A stretch of DNA of 64,000 nt from an uncultured virus (IMG/VR IMGVR_UViG_3300037467_002622) (IMGVR_UViG_3300037467_002622), one strand, 5' to 3'. Shown: positions 1 through 10,200, numbered from the stretch's first letter. Made by a program: numbers and translations. The notes: generated by a model from the sequence alone, not told the origin.

Positions 1-2373
1 GAGCATTTCGACAGCAGCCACCTGGACGATCGGTGGGAGCGCGGCGTCGTCACCTTCCACAACCCGAAGCACATGGACTTCGGCGGCGGCTACACCGAGC
101 CGGACAACTGGAAGCACCGGCTCTCTGCCGAGTACGGCGGCAAGCGAGGGCGTGAGCTGTCGGACGCCGTGCGCGGCGCTGGCCACGACGGGATCATCAC
201 CCACGACAAGTACGGGACATCGGAGATCGTTGACCTGACCCACCCTAAACCGGCCCGGCGGCGCAAGGCCTCTGCCGCCGGGCCGCTCTACCACGGCACC
301 TCGCGTGATCTGACCAGCGTGGTGCCCGCCGACCGGCACGGCCAGGGCGAGGTCTCCACCGGCCTGACACGCACCGACCGGGCCTACGCGACGCACGACC
401 CGCAGATGGCGCGCAGTTACGCGGAGATGTCCGGTATCGACACCGGGGGCCGCCCTCGGGTCTATCAGGTCGAGCACAGCGGCCCGGCGCACGCGCTGGA
501 GCCCGACCCGGGCTACGACGCCGACGTCCGGAGCCCGCACGGCTTCCGGGTGCTGCGCGAGGTCCCCGAGCACGAGCTGGTGAGGATGCCCCGCTTTGCG
601 GTCCAGACGCCGCCGCGCTGCCCATGCGGCTGGGAAGTGGAGTACGACCCCCAGGACGGCTGGCAGCACGCTGACGGCTCGATCAGCCACGATGGAGATC
701 TGTCCGAGTACTCGGTCTCGGACCTGATGGAGGGACATGATGGACGCACGGCAGGCAAAGGGAAGCCACGGCGAGATGCACCCGACGTGGCGCGCCGAGC
801 TGACCAAGCGGGCCAAGGATCATCCGGCGGGATGGCATCGGACTCCGGCTGGGGTGACGACCGCCGAGGGGCACCGGCGCCGCTCCGCGAGCTAGCCGAA
901 CATCCCAAGGTCGCGCGCGATCTGGCCAAGCTGCCGAAGAACGTCAAGGTGGCCTACCACGAGCGCGTGGACGCTCTGCGACGTGGAGAGAGCCACCCGA
1001 GCACCCATGCGCTCACCGGCCCGCTCAAGGGCTGGCAGGGCACCAGCCTGAACTTCCTCAACCGCGTGGTGCACCGCTACGACGGCGACCAGCTGCACGT
1101 GCTCAGCGCGGGCAACCACGACGAAGCCTACGACCAGGGCGCCCGGCGGCTGGGGAATCACGTCCCGGCTGCTGAGCTGTACGACAGCCCCAGCCGCTGG
1201 CGGTTCAAGCAGAACGAGTGGGACAACCGCGATCGGCACAACATCGAGCACACCAAGCAGTTCGGCGAGTACACGCTGCACGCCGAGCCGAAGTACGACG
1301 ACGGCGATCGGCAGCTGCATGTGACCACCGCCGACGGTCAGCACGTCGCCGAGGCCTACACCGGCGAGCACCCGACCCGGCCGGGCCACATCGAGCTGGC
1401 TCCTGAAGTGCACCCCGACCACCGGCGCAAGGGCATCGGCACGGCCCTCTACAACTACGCCGAGGAGCTGGCCGGAAAGCCTGCGGCTCCGGCGGACGAG
1501 CACACCGACGCGGCGGAGGCCTTCTGGCAGCACCGCAAGCAGGGCCGCTACACGGCGCCCACGAAGCGGCTGTTCGGGCCGACCTACGGCCTGGACACCC
1601 GGCTCTGGGACGGCGAGCAGCTCAAGCTGCCCGTCCGGGCCTCGATCGTTCGGCAGTTCACCGAGTTCTGCGACCGGCACGGCTATCGGGACTGGCCGCA
1701 CTGGGCGCGCATCGTCTTCTTCGGCTCCGAGGCTAGTGAGTGGACGGCGCCGGACCGGCACGGCAACAACGACTTCGACCTCTCGATCGGCATCCAGTAC
1801 TTCAGCTTCCGGCTGCACAACACCGGCGACCTCTACACCTCGGATGCCGACATCGCCGCGCGGTTCACCGAGGAGATGCACGCCGAGCTGAACGACCCGC
1901 AGCACCGCTTCCCGGGCGTCGAGGGTGTCTACGACCAGACCTGGTTCGCCAACCTCCACGGCTGGGACATCGCCGAGATGCGCCCGTACGCGGCCTACGA
2001 GGTCGTCACCGACCAGTGGCTCGTCCGGCCGCCGCACCTGCCGGACTGGTCGATGAAGGACTTCCCCGAGGGCCCGGGGCTGGCCGAGGAGGTCAAGGGC
2101 ATCGTCGAGGCCGCCGAGGGCATCCTGGCCATGCCGGAGCCCTACCGGACCCAGAACGGCGCGGCCTTCTGGGAGTTCGTTCACGCCAACCGCAGCGATG
2201 CGTTCGGGCCCAACGGCGAGGGCTGGTGGGACCCGCGCAACGTGATCGAGAAGGCCCTGGACCAGAAAGGCCTGATGCAGCAGCTGTTCGAGTGTCACCG
2301 CCGGGCCACACAGGACCCCGTCTCGCTCGCCGCTCCGGCAGACTGGAGTAACAGCCCGGCTCCAGCCCGGTGA
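1..2373 (+). CDS. Polyvalent multidomain protein, 5'-truncated: ART-like x2, RelE/YoeB-like, GNAT, nucleotidyltransferase
   Basis: Frame open from base 1. Motifs: DGIITHD..SEIV; LYHGTS..AYAT..ARSYA..RPRVYQVE (Arr-like ART); DLAKLP..HALTGPLKGW..RVVHRY..LSAGNHD (RelE fold); VHPDHRRKGIGTALY (GNAT motif A); FGSEAS..NDFDLSI (Pol-beta NTase GS..DxD). Confidence 0.75.
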   Translation, partial: EHFDSSHLDDRWERGVVTFHNPKHMDFGGGYTEPDNWKHRLSAEYGGKRGRELSDAVRGAGHDGIITHDKYGTSEIVDLTHPKPARRRKASAAGPLYHGTSRDLTSVVPADRHGQGEVSTGLTRTDRAYATHDPQMARSYAEMSGIDTGGRPRVYQVEHSGPAHALEPDPGYDADVRSPHGFRVLREVPEHELVRMPRFAVQTPPRCPCGWEVEYDPQDGWQHADGSISHDGDLSEYSVSDLMEGHDGRTAGKGKPRRDAPDVARRADQAGQGSSGGMASDSGWGDDRRGAPAPLRELAEHPKVARDLAKLPKNVKVAYHERVDALRRGESHPSTHALTGPLKGWQGTSLNFLNRVVHRYDGDQLHVLSAGNHDEAYDQGARRLGNHVPAAELYDSPSRWRFKQNEWDNRDRHNIEHTKQFGEYTLHAEPKYDDGDRQLHVTTADGQHVAEAYTGEHPTRPGHIELAPEVHPDHRRKGIGTALYNYAEELAGKPAAPADEHTDAAEAFWQHRKQGRYTAPTKRLFGPTYGLDTRLWDGEQLKLPVRASIVRQFTEFCDRHGYRDWPHWARIVFFGSEASEWTAPDRHGNNDFDLSIGIQYFSFRLHNTGDLYTSDADIAARFTEEMHAELNDPQHRFPGVEGVYDQTWFANLHGWDIAEMRPYAAYEVVTDQWLVRPPHLPDWSMKDFPEGPGLAEEVKGIVEAAEGILAMPEPYRTQNGAAFWEFVHANRSDAFGPNGEGWWDPRNVIEKALDQKGLMQQLFECHRRATQDPVSLAAPADWSNSPAPAR

Positions 2374-2448
2374 TCATCACAAGTGCTGGTGTGCGGCTAT
2401 CGGTGTGAGACCATGAGACAACCGATCCGCACTGGAGGAGCGAGGGAA

Positions 2449-2802
2449 ATGCCGTATTCGAAGGTGAGCGCTCGCTATGACCCCAACAGCCGGGACTGGG
2501 TGTTCGAGCGCAAGGTGGCGCGACTGATCGCCGAGACCGACTTCCTGGAGCTGGATGAGCCGGAGGACCTGCCACCGGACATCTACCAGAAGATGCTCTA
2601 CGACTTCGAGCAGAACCACATCAAGAACACCGTGCGCAACCGCGAGATGTTCCTGGAGACCCTCCAGCTCACCCAGGAGCTGGAGGAGTTCGGCGTGAAG
2701 CCGGAGAAGGTGGCGCCGACGAAGGACGGGCGCGGCTACGTCCGGCTGTCCTTCGACGACATGTTCAAGCTGCTCGATCTGATCCCTGAGGAGGGCAAGT
2801 GA
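2449..2802 (+). CDS. hypothetical protein
   Basis: ORF with CCGCACTGGAGG/GAGGG upstream; overlaps next start (GTGA). Confidence 0.7.
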   Translation: MPYSKVSARYDPNSRDWVFERKVARLIAETDFLELDEPEDLPPDIYQKMLYDFEQNHIKNTVRNREMFLETLQLTQELEEFGVKPEKVAPTKDGRGYVRLSFDDMFKLLDLIPEEGK

Positions 2803-3164
2803 CCGAGTCGAAGCCCCGACGGCTGTTCGCGACCGTCGAGCCCTGGTTCGAACAGGCCTTCGCTGAGCACGGCGGCGGTCTCGACGTCCGCTGGGAACTG
2901 GGGCTGTGCACGCTGCCCCATCCGAACGTGGCGAACCAGATGGTCAGCTCGCTGGTGCTCTACGCCGAGATCCCGACCGGCAACGGGCTCCAGCGGTTGG
3001 CCAACACGATCTTCATCTCGGCGGGCGTGGACGAGACCTACGCCCGCGAGACGGTGAAGGACCTGCTGGGCAACTTCCGGCAGAAGCTCGCCGAGATCGG
3101 CAACGGCTTCGCCCCGCCGCCGGGGATCAACCTCGACGACTTCGCGGCTCCACCAGCGTCATGA
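2799..3164 (+). CDS. hypothetical protein
   Basis: Coupled ORF, high-GC3 codon usage. Confidence 0.7.
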   Translation: MTESKPRRLFATVEPWFEQAFAEHGGGLDVRWELGLCTLPHPNVANQMVSSLVLYAEIPTGNGLQRLANTIFISAGVDETYARETVKDLLGNFRQKLAEIGNGFAPPPGINLDDFAAPPAS

Positions 3165-3589
3165 GCGAGCCCGGCGGCGAAGCGGTCCTCTTCGAGATCC
3201 CGGAGAGGTTCCACTTCGTCGACCTGCTCGGCCTGCACCTGCGCGCCCGGCTCGACATCCCCGAGAACCAGGGCCTGCTGACGCTGATCTGGCGGCTGTC
3301 TGGCATCTGGCTGCCTTCGCTGAGTCTCTACCCGCCGCCGGTGGTCGAGTGCCTGCGCGACGAGCTGCACCGCCAGCACCCGTGGCTGGCCGGGCTCCAG
3401 CTCCCCCGGACCATCTTCGGCCGCACCCGCGTCGACTGGGCCGCCTTCTGGATCTGGGTGGACGTCATCCAGCGCCGTATCTGCCGGGACCTGGACGTTG
3501 CGCCTGGGGACTTCTTCGTCGAGGAGATCGGTCCCGGCAAGCTGCCGCCGCCGACGGCGGTCATCATCATCACCGACCCGGACGCTTGA
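3161..3589 (+). CDS. hypothetical protein
   Basis: ATGA overlap with previous gene; stop TGA lies within next -35 box. Confidence 0.65.
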   Translation: MSEPGGEAVLFEIPERFHFVDLLGLHLRARLDIPENQGLLTLIWRLSGIWLPSLSLYPPPVVECLRDELHRQHPWLAGLQLPRTIFGRTRVDWAAFWIWVDVIQRRICRDLDVAPGDFFVEEIGPGKLPPPTAVIIITDPDA

Positions 3590-3614
3590 CTCACCCTACC
3601 CGAACGGGTAGTGT
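3586..3614 (+). promoter_or_regulatory. Promoter/palindromic operator copy 1
   Basis: TTGACT-N17-TAGTGT; CTACCCGAACGGGTAG 3596-3611; CCGCACCGGAGG 3638-3649. Confidence 0.85.
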
Positions 3615-3654
3615 TCATCTCGTCAGCACGGAAAGAGCCGCACCGGAGGCCGAG

Positions 3655-4230
3655 ATGAACCGTACGCTCCCCCGCTACCAGCCCCGCTCCCGCACCGAGG
3701 GCCAGCTGAACTTCCTGATCGACCTGGTCAAGCAGATCGCCGTGTACGACCGCGAACGCGGCGTCGTGCTCTGGAACGAGCTGCGTGACGAGGACAACGC
3801 CGGGCAGCTGACGATGTCCCGGGCCAGCGAGGCGATCGAGGCCTTGAAGGTCGAGCGCAACGAGCTGCGAGTGGCCAAGATGACTGTGAAAGCTGCGCCC
3901 GAGGAGCCGAAGCTGCCCCTGTTGGTTCCCGAGGGTCGCTACGCCGTCGACACCGACGAGGGCCACCTGGCCTTCTACCAGGTCAAGGTCAACAAGCAGG
4001 GCGAGGTCAGCCTCCACCTCCAGACCTCCGACGAGCTGCGCAAGCTGCCGTTCAAGACCGCGATGGCCGTGATGGCCAAGATCGAGGCGGCCGGGATCCA
4101 GGAGGCCATGATCCGGTACGGCAAGGAGCTGCGGATCTGCGGCGCGCCGATGTGCGGCCGGACCCTGACGAACAAGGAGTCCCGCGAGCGCGGCATCGGG
4201 CCCAAGTGCGCCACGAAGATGGGCTGGTAG
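3655..4230 (+). CDS. DUF6011-like Zn-binding protein
   Basis: C-terminal C..CGRTLT..ESRERGIGPKCA motif. Confidence 0.7.
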   Translation: MNRTLPRYQPRSRTEGQLNFLIDLVKQIAVYDRERGVVLWNELRDEDNAGQLTMSRASEAIEALKVERNELRVAKMTVKAAPEEPKLPLLVPEGRYAVDTDEGHLAFYQVKVNKQGEVSLHLQTSDELRKLPFKTAMAVMAKIEAAGIQEAMIRYGKELRICGAPMCGRTLTNKESRERGIGPKCATKMGW

Positions 4231-4238
4231 TTCAGCTT

Positions 4239-4272
4239 GAGCCGGGAGAGCCACTCGCTCTCCCGGCTCTTC
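4239..4272 (+). terminator. Intrinsic terminator
   Basis: GAGCCGGGAGAG..CTCTCCCGGCTC hairpin followed by pyrimidines. Confidence 0.7.
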
Positions 4273-4382
4273 TCGCATCAAAGTCCCGCGCTTATTGATC
4301 GAAAGAGGTGAGTGATATACGCTTGAATACCCTCAGAACTCTGCGCAATGTACGACACAATCCAGGCGAAAGAGAGGCCAGA

Positions 4383-4745
4383 ATGGCGGAACAAGTGATC
4401 CGTCGCCGGGTCGATGACCTGGAGCGTCTGCGCGGAGTCCCGAGCGTCCCGGCGGACGAGGAGATCGTGTTCGGCCTCGATGGCCGCAGCTACGTGATCG
4501 ACCTGTGCGAGGAGAACGCCGCCGAGCTGCGCAAGGTGCTGGAGGACTACGTCCAGGCCGCCCGGCCGCTGCTCGACGTCGAGGCCCGCAAGGACCTGAG
4601 CCCGGCCCAGGCCAAGCGCCAGGAGCTGGCCGACGTCCGGGACTGGGCCGCCCAGCAGGGGCTGAGGGTCAGCGCCCGGGGCAAGATCCCCACCCACGTG
4701 CTGGACGCCTTCGAGCGGTCCGTGGGGCCGCTCAAGCACCGGTAA
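4383..4745 (+). CDS. lsr2: Lsr2-like nucleoid-associated protein
   Basis: VDDL..FGLDGRSYVIDL..NAAELR; VRDWAAQQGLRVSARGKIP (RGRIP AT-hook-like). Confidence 0.9.
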   Translation: MAEQVIRRRVDDLERLRGVPSVPADEEIVFGLDGRSYVIDLCEENAAELRKVLEDYVQAARPLLDVEARKDLSPAQAKRQELADVRDWAAQQGLRVSARGKIPTHVLDAFERSVGPLKHR

Positions 4746-4832
4746 TAGATGAAGACCAGCAACCCCCGCCCGGCGGATGTCCTGGGGCCGTCGGGTAGGG
4801 GTTGCTCCATTCCCACACCGAAGGGAGCGGAG

Positions 4833-5051
4833 ATGGCAGCCATCCCGCGCACCAAGCAGACCCACCTGGCCTGGCGCCAGGGCGACACCGCCCACCTGGA
4901 AGGCCAGCCGGACCTGGGCAACCCCTACCACCCGTCCACGGACTCCTACCGGGCCTGGCAGCGCGGCTGGCACGGCGAGCCGTTCGACGAGCGCGGCGGC
5001 TTCGCGGCCACCGGCGAGGTCCACATCGACACCGAGGAGGCAGCAGCCTGA
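4833..5051 (+). CDS. Rmf/CrpP-like small protein
   Basis: AWRQG..A..EG..NPY..AWQRGW pattern. Confidence 0.5.
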   Translation: MAAIPRTKQTHLAWRQGDTAHLEGQPDLGNPYHPSTDSYRAWQRGWHGEPFDERGGFAATGEVHIDTEEAAA

Positions 5052-5398
5052 TGCGCAGCACCATCACCACCAACGGCATCTGGAACCCGCTGACGTCCAA
5101 GATCGGCAAGACCGAGGCCGAGATGCGCGAGGCCGAGCAGGCCTACCGGCTGGCCGAGCGCCAGCAGGCGGCGAAGAACCTGCTCGTGCACTCCAAAAGC
5201 CCCGAGGACTTCTTGCTGCTGGCGGAGGCCCTCGGCCTGCTCGACGTGATCCCCGAGGATGTGCTGGCCGAGCTGAACGAACTGGCTTCGTGAGCACCGC
5301 CGGGATCGTCGGCGTGACCGGCGCCGTAGTGGCCACCCTGGCCTTCATCTGGCTCGGGATCGACTCGCTGATCCGTGCGCGCCGCCGGAAGTAGGGGG

Positions 5399-5428
5399 TT
5401 GCGCCTACCCTACCCATTCGGGTAGTCT
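5399..5428 (+). promoter_or_regulatory. Promoter/operator copy 2
   Basis: TTGCGC-N18-TAGTCT; CTACCCATTCGGGTAG 5410-5425. Confidence 0.8.
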
Positions 5429-5465
5429 GATCAAGCAATCAACCGAGCCGCACCGGAGGCACACC

Positions 5466-5645
5466 ATGTCGCACGAGCTGGAAGTCGACGAGCAGGGCAA
5501 GTACGTCGTCACCGTCACGGTCGAGCTGACCGTCGACCCGGCGATGGTCGGCTACGAGATCGACCGACCGGACCTGGTCAGCGACCTGGTGTCCCAGATG
5601 CGGCGCCTCGACGGCGTCGAGCACGCCGTGGACGTCAGCCGGTAA
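5466..5645 (+). CDS. small hypothetical protein (59 aa)
   Basis: ATG after CCGCACCGGAGG; MSHELEVDEQGK... Confidence 0.7.
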   Translation: MSHELEVDEQGKYVVTVTVELTVDPAMVGYEIDRPDLVSDLVSQMRRLDGVEHAVDVSR

Positions 5646-5711
5646 TCCGCTGTTCCAGATCGTTCCATTCCGTTTCACTTCGTACCGACAAGGCCTGAGA
5701 GGAGGCCGATC

Positions 5712-5963
5712 ATGAACGAGCGCATCGAGCAGTTCGCGTGGGCGGAGTTCGCCGCGTGCAAGGACGAGGACCCGGAGCTGTTCTTCCCGGTCTCCGAGGT
5801 CGGTCCGGGGGCCCGGCAGGTGGCGCAGGCCAAGGCCGTCTGCGCGCGGTGCCCGGTCCGCGAGATCTGCCTGGGGTTCGCCCTGGACGAGGGTCTCGAC
5901 CACGGCGTCTTCGGCGGGCAGACCGCCGACGAGCGCCGGAAGCTCACCCGCACCCGCGTCTGA
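5712..5963 (+). CDS. whiB: WhiB-family Fe-S transcriptional regulator
   Basis: AAC..DPELFFP..AKAVCARCPVREICL..GVFGG..ER. Confidence 0.95.
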   Translation: MNERIEQFAWAEFAACKDEDPELFFPVSEVGPGARQVAQAKAVCARCPVREICLGFALDEGLDHGVFGGQTADERRKLTRTRV

Positions 5964-6348
5964 GCTGTCCGTCCCCAACACCGAGCCCGGCAACTGGTGT
6001 GATGACCAGCTGCCGGGCTCGGCCCGTCTCCGCCCTGGAGGAAGACATCATGCTCAAGAAGCTGCTGTACCGCGCCCGCAGACTGCCGGTGAGATCCGCG
6101 CCCAGCCTCGCCCGCCACCGGGCCAGCAAGCAGGGAGGGTTTACCTGGCGTGGCCGGTTCGTCCCGCTCGCGGGGTTCTCGGTCGAGACGCACCTGGAGA
6201 GGCTGCACGAGATGGCGCCGGTGAACTGGTCGTGGCCGCTGTGATCGGCTTCGTCCGGCTCGTCCAGCGCGTTATCCGTGCCGTGCATGAGGCCCGGCTA
6301 TCGAATCGGGAGCGCGCCCTGCGGCAGGCTCGCCGTCGGAAGCGCCGC

Positions 6349-6377
6349 TTGTAATCCCCTACCCAATCGGGTAGTAT
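6349..6377 (+). promoter_or_regulatory. Promoter/operator copy 3
   Basis: TTGTAA-N17-TAGTAT; CTACCCAATCGGGTAG 6359-6374. Confidence 0.8.
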
Positions 6378-6413
6378 CCCTGTCGACAACATCCGCACTG
6401 GAGGATGAAGGCC

Positions 6414-6806
6414 ATGACCTTCTGGCAGTTCCTGGACAACAACATCGTCTGGGTCATCGTTTTCGGCTTCCTCTTCGGAGGCGGGCTGATGGAGGGCCTC
6501 TCCAAGGTCTTCGGCGGCCGCCGAAAGGCCGCCGCCGCCGTCAAGCGGGCCAAGGCCGCCGAGAAGGAGACCTCGCGCCTGGAGCGGCTGCTGATGACCT
6601 CGATGGATCGTCGCGCGCTCACCGACGTGAGTGACGAGCCGCTGGTGGCCAAGGCCCAACAGGCCATCACCGACCGGTACGAGGCGCTGGGGCTGCTCCG
6701 TGACGTGCAGTCCTCGGACAAGGCCTTCCCTCAGTTGCCCCAAGACCTGCGGGACGAGATCGACGAGCTGATCGACCGTTCCCGCTTCCGCAAGGAGGCC
6801 CAGTGA
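6414..6806 (+). CDS. membrane-anchored hypothetical protein
   Basis: N-terminal hydrophobic helix followed by coiled region. Confidence 0.7.
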   Translation: MTFWQFLDNNIVWVIVFGFLFGGGLMEGLSKVFGGRRKAAAAVKRAKAAEKETSRLERLLMTSMDRRALTDVSDEPLVAKAQQAITDRYEALGLLRDVQSSDKAFPQLPQDLRDEIDELIDRSRFRKEAQ

Positions 6807-7426
6807 CCGAGCCCATCGAAGCCGGATCCCTCTGGCTCGACAACGACCCGCGCACCTTCGAGGACCACGGCAACCGGTACGCCCGGATCGACGTCGTCGG
6901 CCGCCACACCGTCCACTGCACGACCTGGTACGACCAGCCCGGCGGCACCGAGAAGGCGCGCCGGGGCGTCGAGATGAAGCTCTCGCGCTTCCAGCCCTCC
7001 TCGACCGGCCGCTGGCCCAGCTCCGGCTTCCGCCCCGCCGAGGTCGGCCCCGTTCACGGGAGGCCCGCGTGAGCGACGAGCGATCCGACGAGTGGTACGA
7101 CGCCATGAATCGGCTGACCGACGACATCGTGGAGGCGGTCGACGGCCAGCACATCAGCTACCAGCAGTTGGCCGAGCGCCTCACGGACATGGGATATCGA
7201 CGCGTCTCGGAGGGCGAGGTCTCGTGAGCGACGAGGACATCCCGCAGCTGTTCACCCTCTACGACGAGTGGGTGGTCTTCCGGGACCGCTTCGGCCAGGA
7301 GGTCAGGGGCCAGGTGGTGGACACCTGGATCGAGGACGGCGAGCGCTGGTACGAGGCGGTTGACTGCACCACCCCCGACGGCGATCGCTACGACCGCGCC
7401 GAGGCCGACATCCGCAGGAGCACCCG

Positions 7427-8242
7427 GTGAGCCGCATCTACTTCACCACCCAGCACGAGGGCGAGGTCGAGCTGCTCGGTTCCGAGCGGGCGCACATGCA
7501 CCTGCTGCCCCGGGACATCAGCGCGGGCATGATCCCGAGCTGGGCCGTGGACGACGAGCCGCTCTACCGGCGCATCCGGCCCGAGCTGCACGACGAGTAC
7601 ACGGTCAAGAGCCACCACGGCCGCCCGTGGCCCGCCGAGTGGCCGCGCAAGGTCGACCGCGAGCGGCTGACGCTGAGCCTGGGCGGGTTCGCCCCCCGGA
7701 TCTTCTGCAAGGACGGCCAGGACCTGGACACCGACTGCCTGCTGCTGAACACCTGCCTGGCGGTCGGCAGTGATGCGCTCGCGCTGCTGGCCAAGCTCGA
7801 AGGCCAGTGCGAGATCCATGCGTGGGTCGACGGCCCGGACCGGGCCTGGATGGCCGACGTGATCCAGCAGGGTCTGGACGCTGGTCTCTGCCGACGCGGG
7901 ATGGGCTGGGACAAGGTCCAGGCGCTGCTCCGCTCCGGCACCAAGGGACCCGTGGTGACCTCCTACTCCGTCTGCGACGGCTTCCCGGGCTGGCACCTGA
8001 TCAACCGGGCCACCTGGCCCGAGGGTGTCGAGCGCACCTGGAGCGCGCTCTCCGAGGAGGAGCAGCAGCGGCGCGAGGCGGAGAACGAGGCCTGGTACGA
8101 GCTGCCCGAGGACGAGCAGTGGTCGCGGGCCTTCGCAGTCCTGCGGAAGAATGAGGGCTACCACTGGGGCGGCCAGATCAGCCCCGAGACGCTGCGCCGC
8201 CGGTTCGGCCACGGCCTCTCGATGCTGGACCTGTTCTCATGA
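7427..8242 (+). CDS. hypothetical protein
   Basis: 271-aa coupled ORF with RBS. Confidence 0.75.
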   Translation: MSRIYFTTQHEGEVELLGSERAHMHLLPRDISAGMIPSWAVDDEPLYRRIRPELHDEYTVKSHHGRPWPAEWPRKVDRERLTLSLGGFAPRIFCKDGQDLDTDCLLLNTCLAVGSDALALLAKLEGQCEIHAWVDGPDRAWMADVIQQGLDAGLCRRGMGWDKVQALLRSGTKGPVVTSYSVCDGFPGWHLINRATWPEGVERTWSALSEEEQQRREAENEAWYELPEDEQWSRAFAVLRKNEGYHWGGQISPETLRRRFGHGLSMLDLFS

Positions 8243-8582
8243 GCCGGGCCTGGAAGGAGACCAAAGACTGGGCTTCCTCGCTCTTCACCGTGGCCCTGCT
8301 GATCTGGCCGCCGGTGCTCGGCGTCGCGGCGTTGCCCATCTGGCCGGAGAACTTCGGGTTCCTGACCTTCCTCGGCTTCTTCGGACTGGCCCTGGTGGCC
8401 TTCACCCTCTGGGACTTCGCCGTCAGCGCCAGCGGCTTCCTGCGCTGGCAGCTCTACCACGTCTGGCGCCCGGGGATGAGGCCCTGCATGTGCGACCAGC
8501 CGACCTATTGCTTCAAGCACTCGTCGAGCCGTGACGAGCCCAATCGGCCCGGCCTGGTCGAAGCGAAGCTGCGGGAGGACTC

Positions 8583-9086
8583 ATGAGCACCGCGACACTC
8601 GACGTCCTCTTCTGGATCTTCATCAGCATCAGTGTGCTGTCCTCGACCGCCGTCGTGGTGCTCAAGACAGCCCGGCGGTTCGACGACATCTCGTGGCTGC
8701 CCCGCTGGCTCCACGCCGGGCTGGCCGCTGTGCTCGGCTACGCCTGGAACCCCTGCCCGAAGTGCGGCCGCTGGTTCGGCGGCCACGAGTGGGATGGCTC
8801 CGACCCGCGCGCGAAACTCCCTGTTCCCCGCGAGCCCGGCCGCTTCCGGGCCGTCTGCCCGCACTGCGTCCGGGCCAACACGCTGGAGTGCAGCTGCTCG
8901 CGGACCGAGACCGACGCCTGGTGCCGGACGCATGGCCGAGAGGGCTGCTGCGGCGCCTGCGACGGCCGAGGCCACGACGTCAGCGCGCCCGAGACCGGCG
9001 GCCTGTGCTGGGACTGCCGGGGCACCGGCCACCCGCATCTCGGGCCCTGCACCCCGCAGCTACGCGAACTGGAGAAGCCCGCATGA
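8583..9086 (+). CDS. Cys-rich membrane protein
   Basis: TM helix plus several CxxC pairs. Confidence 0.65.
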   Translation: MSTATLDVLFWIFISISVLSSTAVVVLKTARRFDDISWLPRWLHAGLAAVLGYAWNPCPKCGRWFGGHEWDGSDPRAKLPVPREPGRFRAVCPHCVRANTLECSCSRTETDAWCRTHGREGCCGACDGRGHDVSAPETGGLCWDCRGTGHPHLGPCTPQLRELEKPA

Positions 9087-9489
9087 CCATCGAGCTGGGT
9101 CCGGAGCACGTCCGGGCGCTGAACAAGGCGCGTAACGCCGTGCTGGCCGAGCAGCGCAAGTACGAGCGCGCGGCCGAGACCTACGGCAAGCGGGATCAGC
9201 TGCGCACAGAAGAGTCCATGACCGCCGAGGCCTGGGCCTGCCGCCAGGTGGCTCAGTTCCTCGCCGAGCTGCGAGACGCCGTCAAGACGCGAGAGAGCGA
9301 GACACCAGCATGAGGTTCGGTTCGGGCCCGCAGGGCACCCCGCACATCACCGTGACTACCCCGGAGGACTTCCCTCGCGAGCTGTGGGGACCGTTGATGG
9401 AGGTTGTCAGCGACGCCGCGCTCGCCTTCGAGGCACGGCACCCGGTACGCACCTGGGAGCTGTTCTGCCAGGACCGGGAGGGCTGAACC

Positions 9490-10200
9490 ATCGAACACAC
9501 CGGACACCAACTCTCCGGCTACGCCGCCGCGCTCGCTGTCGCGCCGGTGGTCCCGCACCCGGGTCCGCCCAACGCGGTGGTGACCCTGGTCTTCGTCGGG
9601 ATCGTCGGTGTCGGCGCGCTGCTGCCGGACCTGGACATGCCGAAGGCGAAGGCCGCCAAGCTGCTGGGACCGGTCACCTGGATCCTGGCCTGGCTGATCA
9701 ACAAGCTCTCGATCATCGTCTGGGAGGCCACCAGGACCAGCAAGGACCGGATGGGCCGGTACCCGGGACACCGGACCCTGACCCACACGGCCGTCTGGGG
9801 CCTCCTGGTGGGCGCCGGGACCTTCTTCGGGGTCTCGGCCAGTCCCATGTCCGACTGGGCCCTGTGGGCCGCCCTGGCCATGGTTCTGGGCCACTTCGCG
9901 CACCTGTGGGGGGACAGCATCACGCTATCCGGGATCCCGCTCTGGGCTCCGTTCATCGAGCGCAACGGCAAGCGCTGGTTCCCGGTGTGGACCTGTCCCG
10001 AGGCCCTGCGGTTCCGGGTCGGCGGGCACCGCGAGAAGGGCCGGGTCAAGACCGTGTCCCGCTGGTCCTGGATCAACCTCGGCGAGGGGGCCGTGACCCT
10101 GGGACTGGCCATCGTGGTCGGCCTGCTCGCCGCCGCGACGACACTGACCGCCGGGCGCCCGTGGTGGGACGTCATCGGCATGCTGATGGAGGGGAAATGA
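9490..10200 (+). CDS. YdjM-like membrane metal-dependent hydrolase (probable ATC start)
   Basis: H..SG, GALLPDLD, HRTLTHT, HFAHLWGDSITLSGIPL motifs; multiple TM helices. Confidence 0.85.
   Translation: MEHTGHQLSGYAAALAVAPVVPHPGPPNAVVTLVFVGIVGVGALLPDLDMPKAKAAKLLGPVTWILAWLINKLSIIVWEATRTSKDRMGRYPGHRTLTHTAVWGLLVGAGTFFGVSASPMSDWALWAALAMVLGHFAHLWGDSITLSGIPLWAPFIERNGKRWFPVWTCPEALRFRVGGHREKGRVKTVSRWSWINLGEGAVTLGLAIVVGLLAAATTLTAGRPWWDVIGMLMEGK

Noticed and set aside
885..1140. Classical type II toxin-antitoxin module
   Set aside because: The RelE-like segment is embedded in a large polyprotein with no adjacent antitoxin gene
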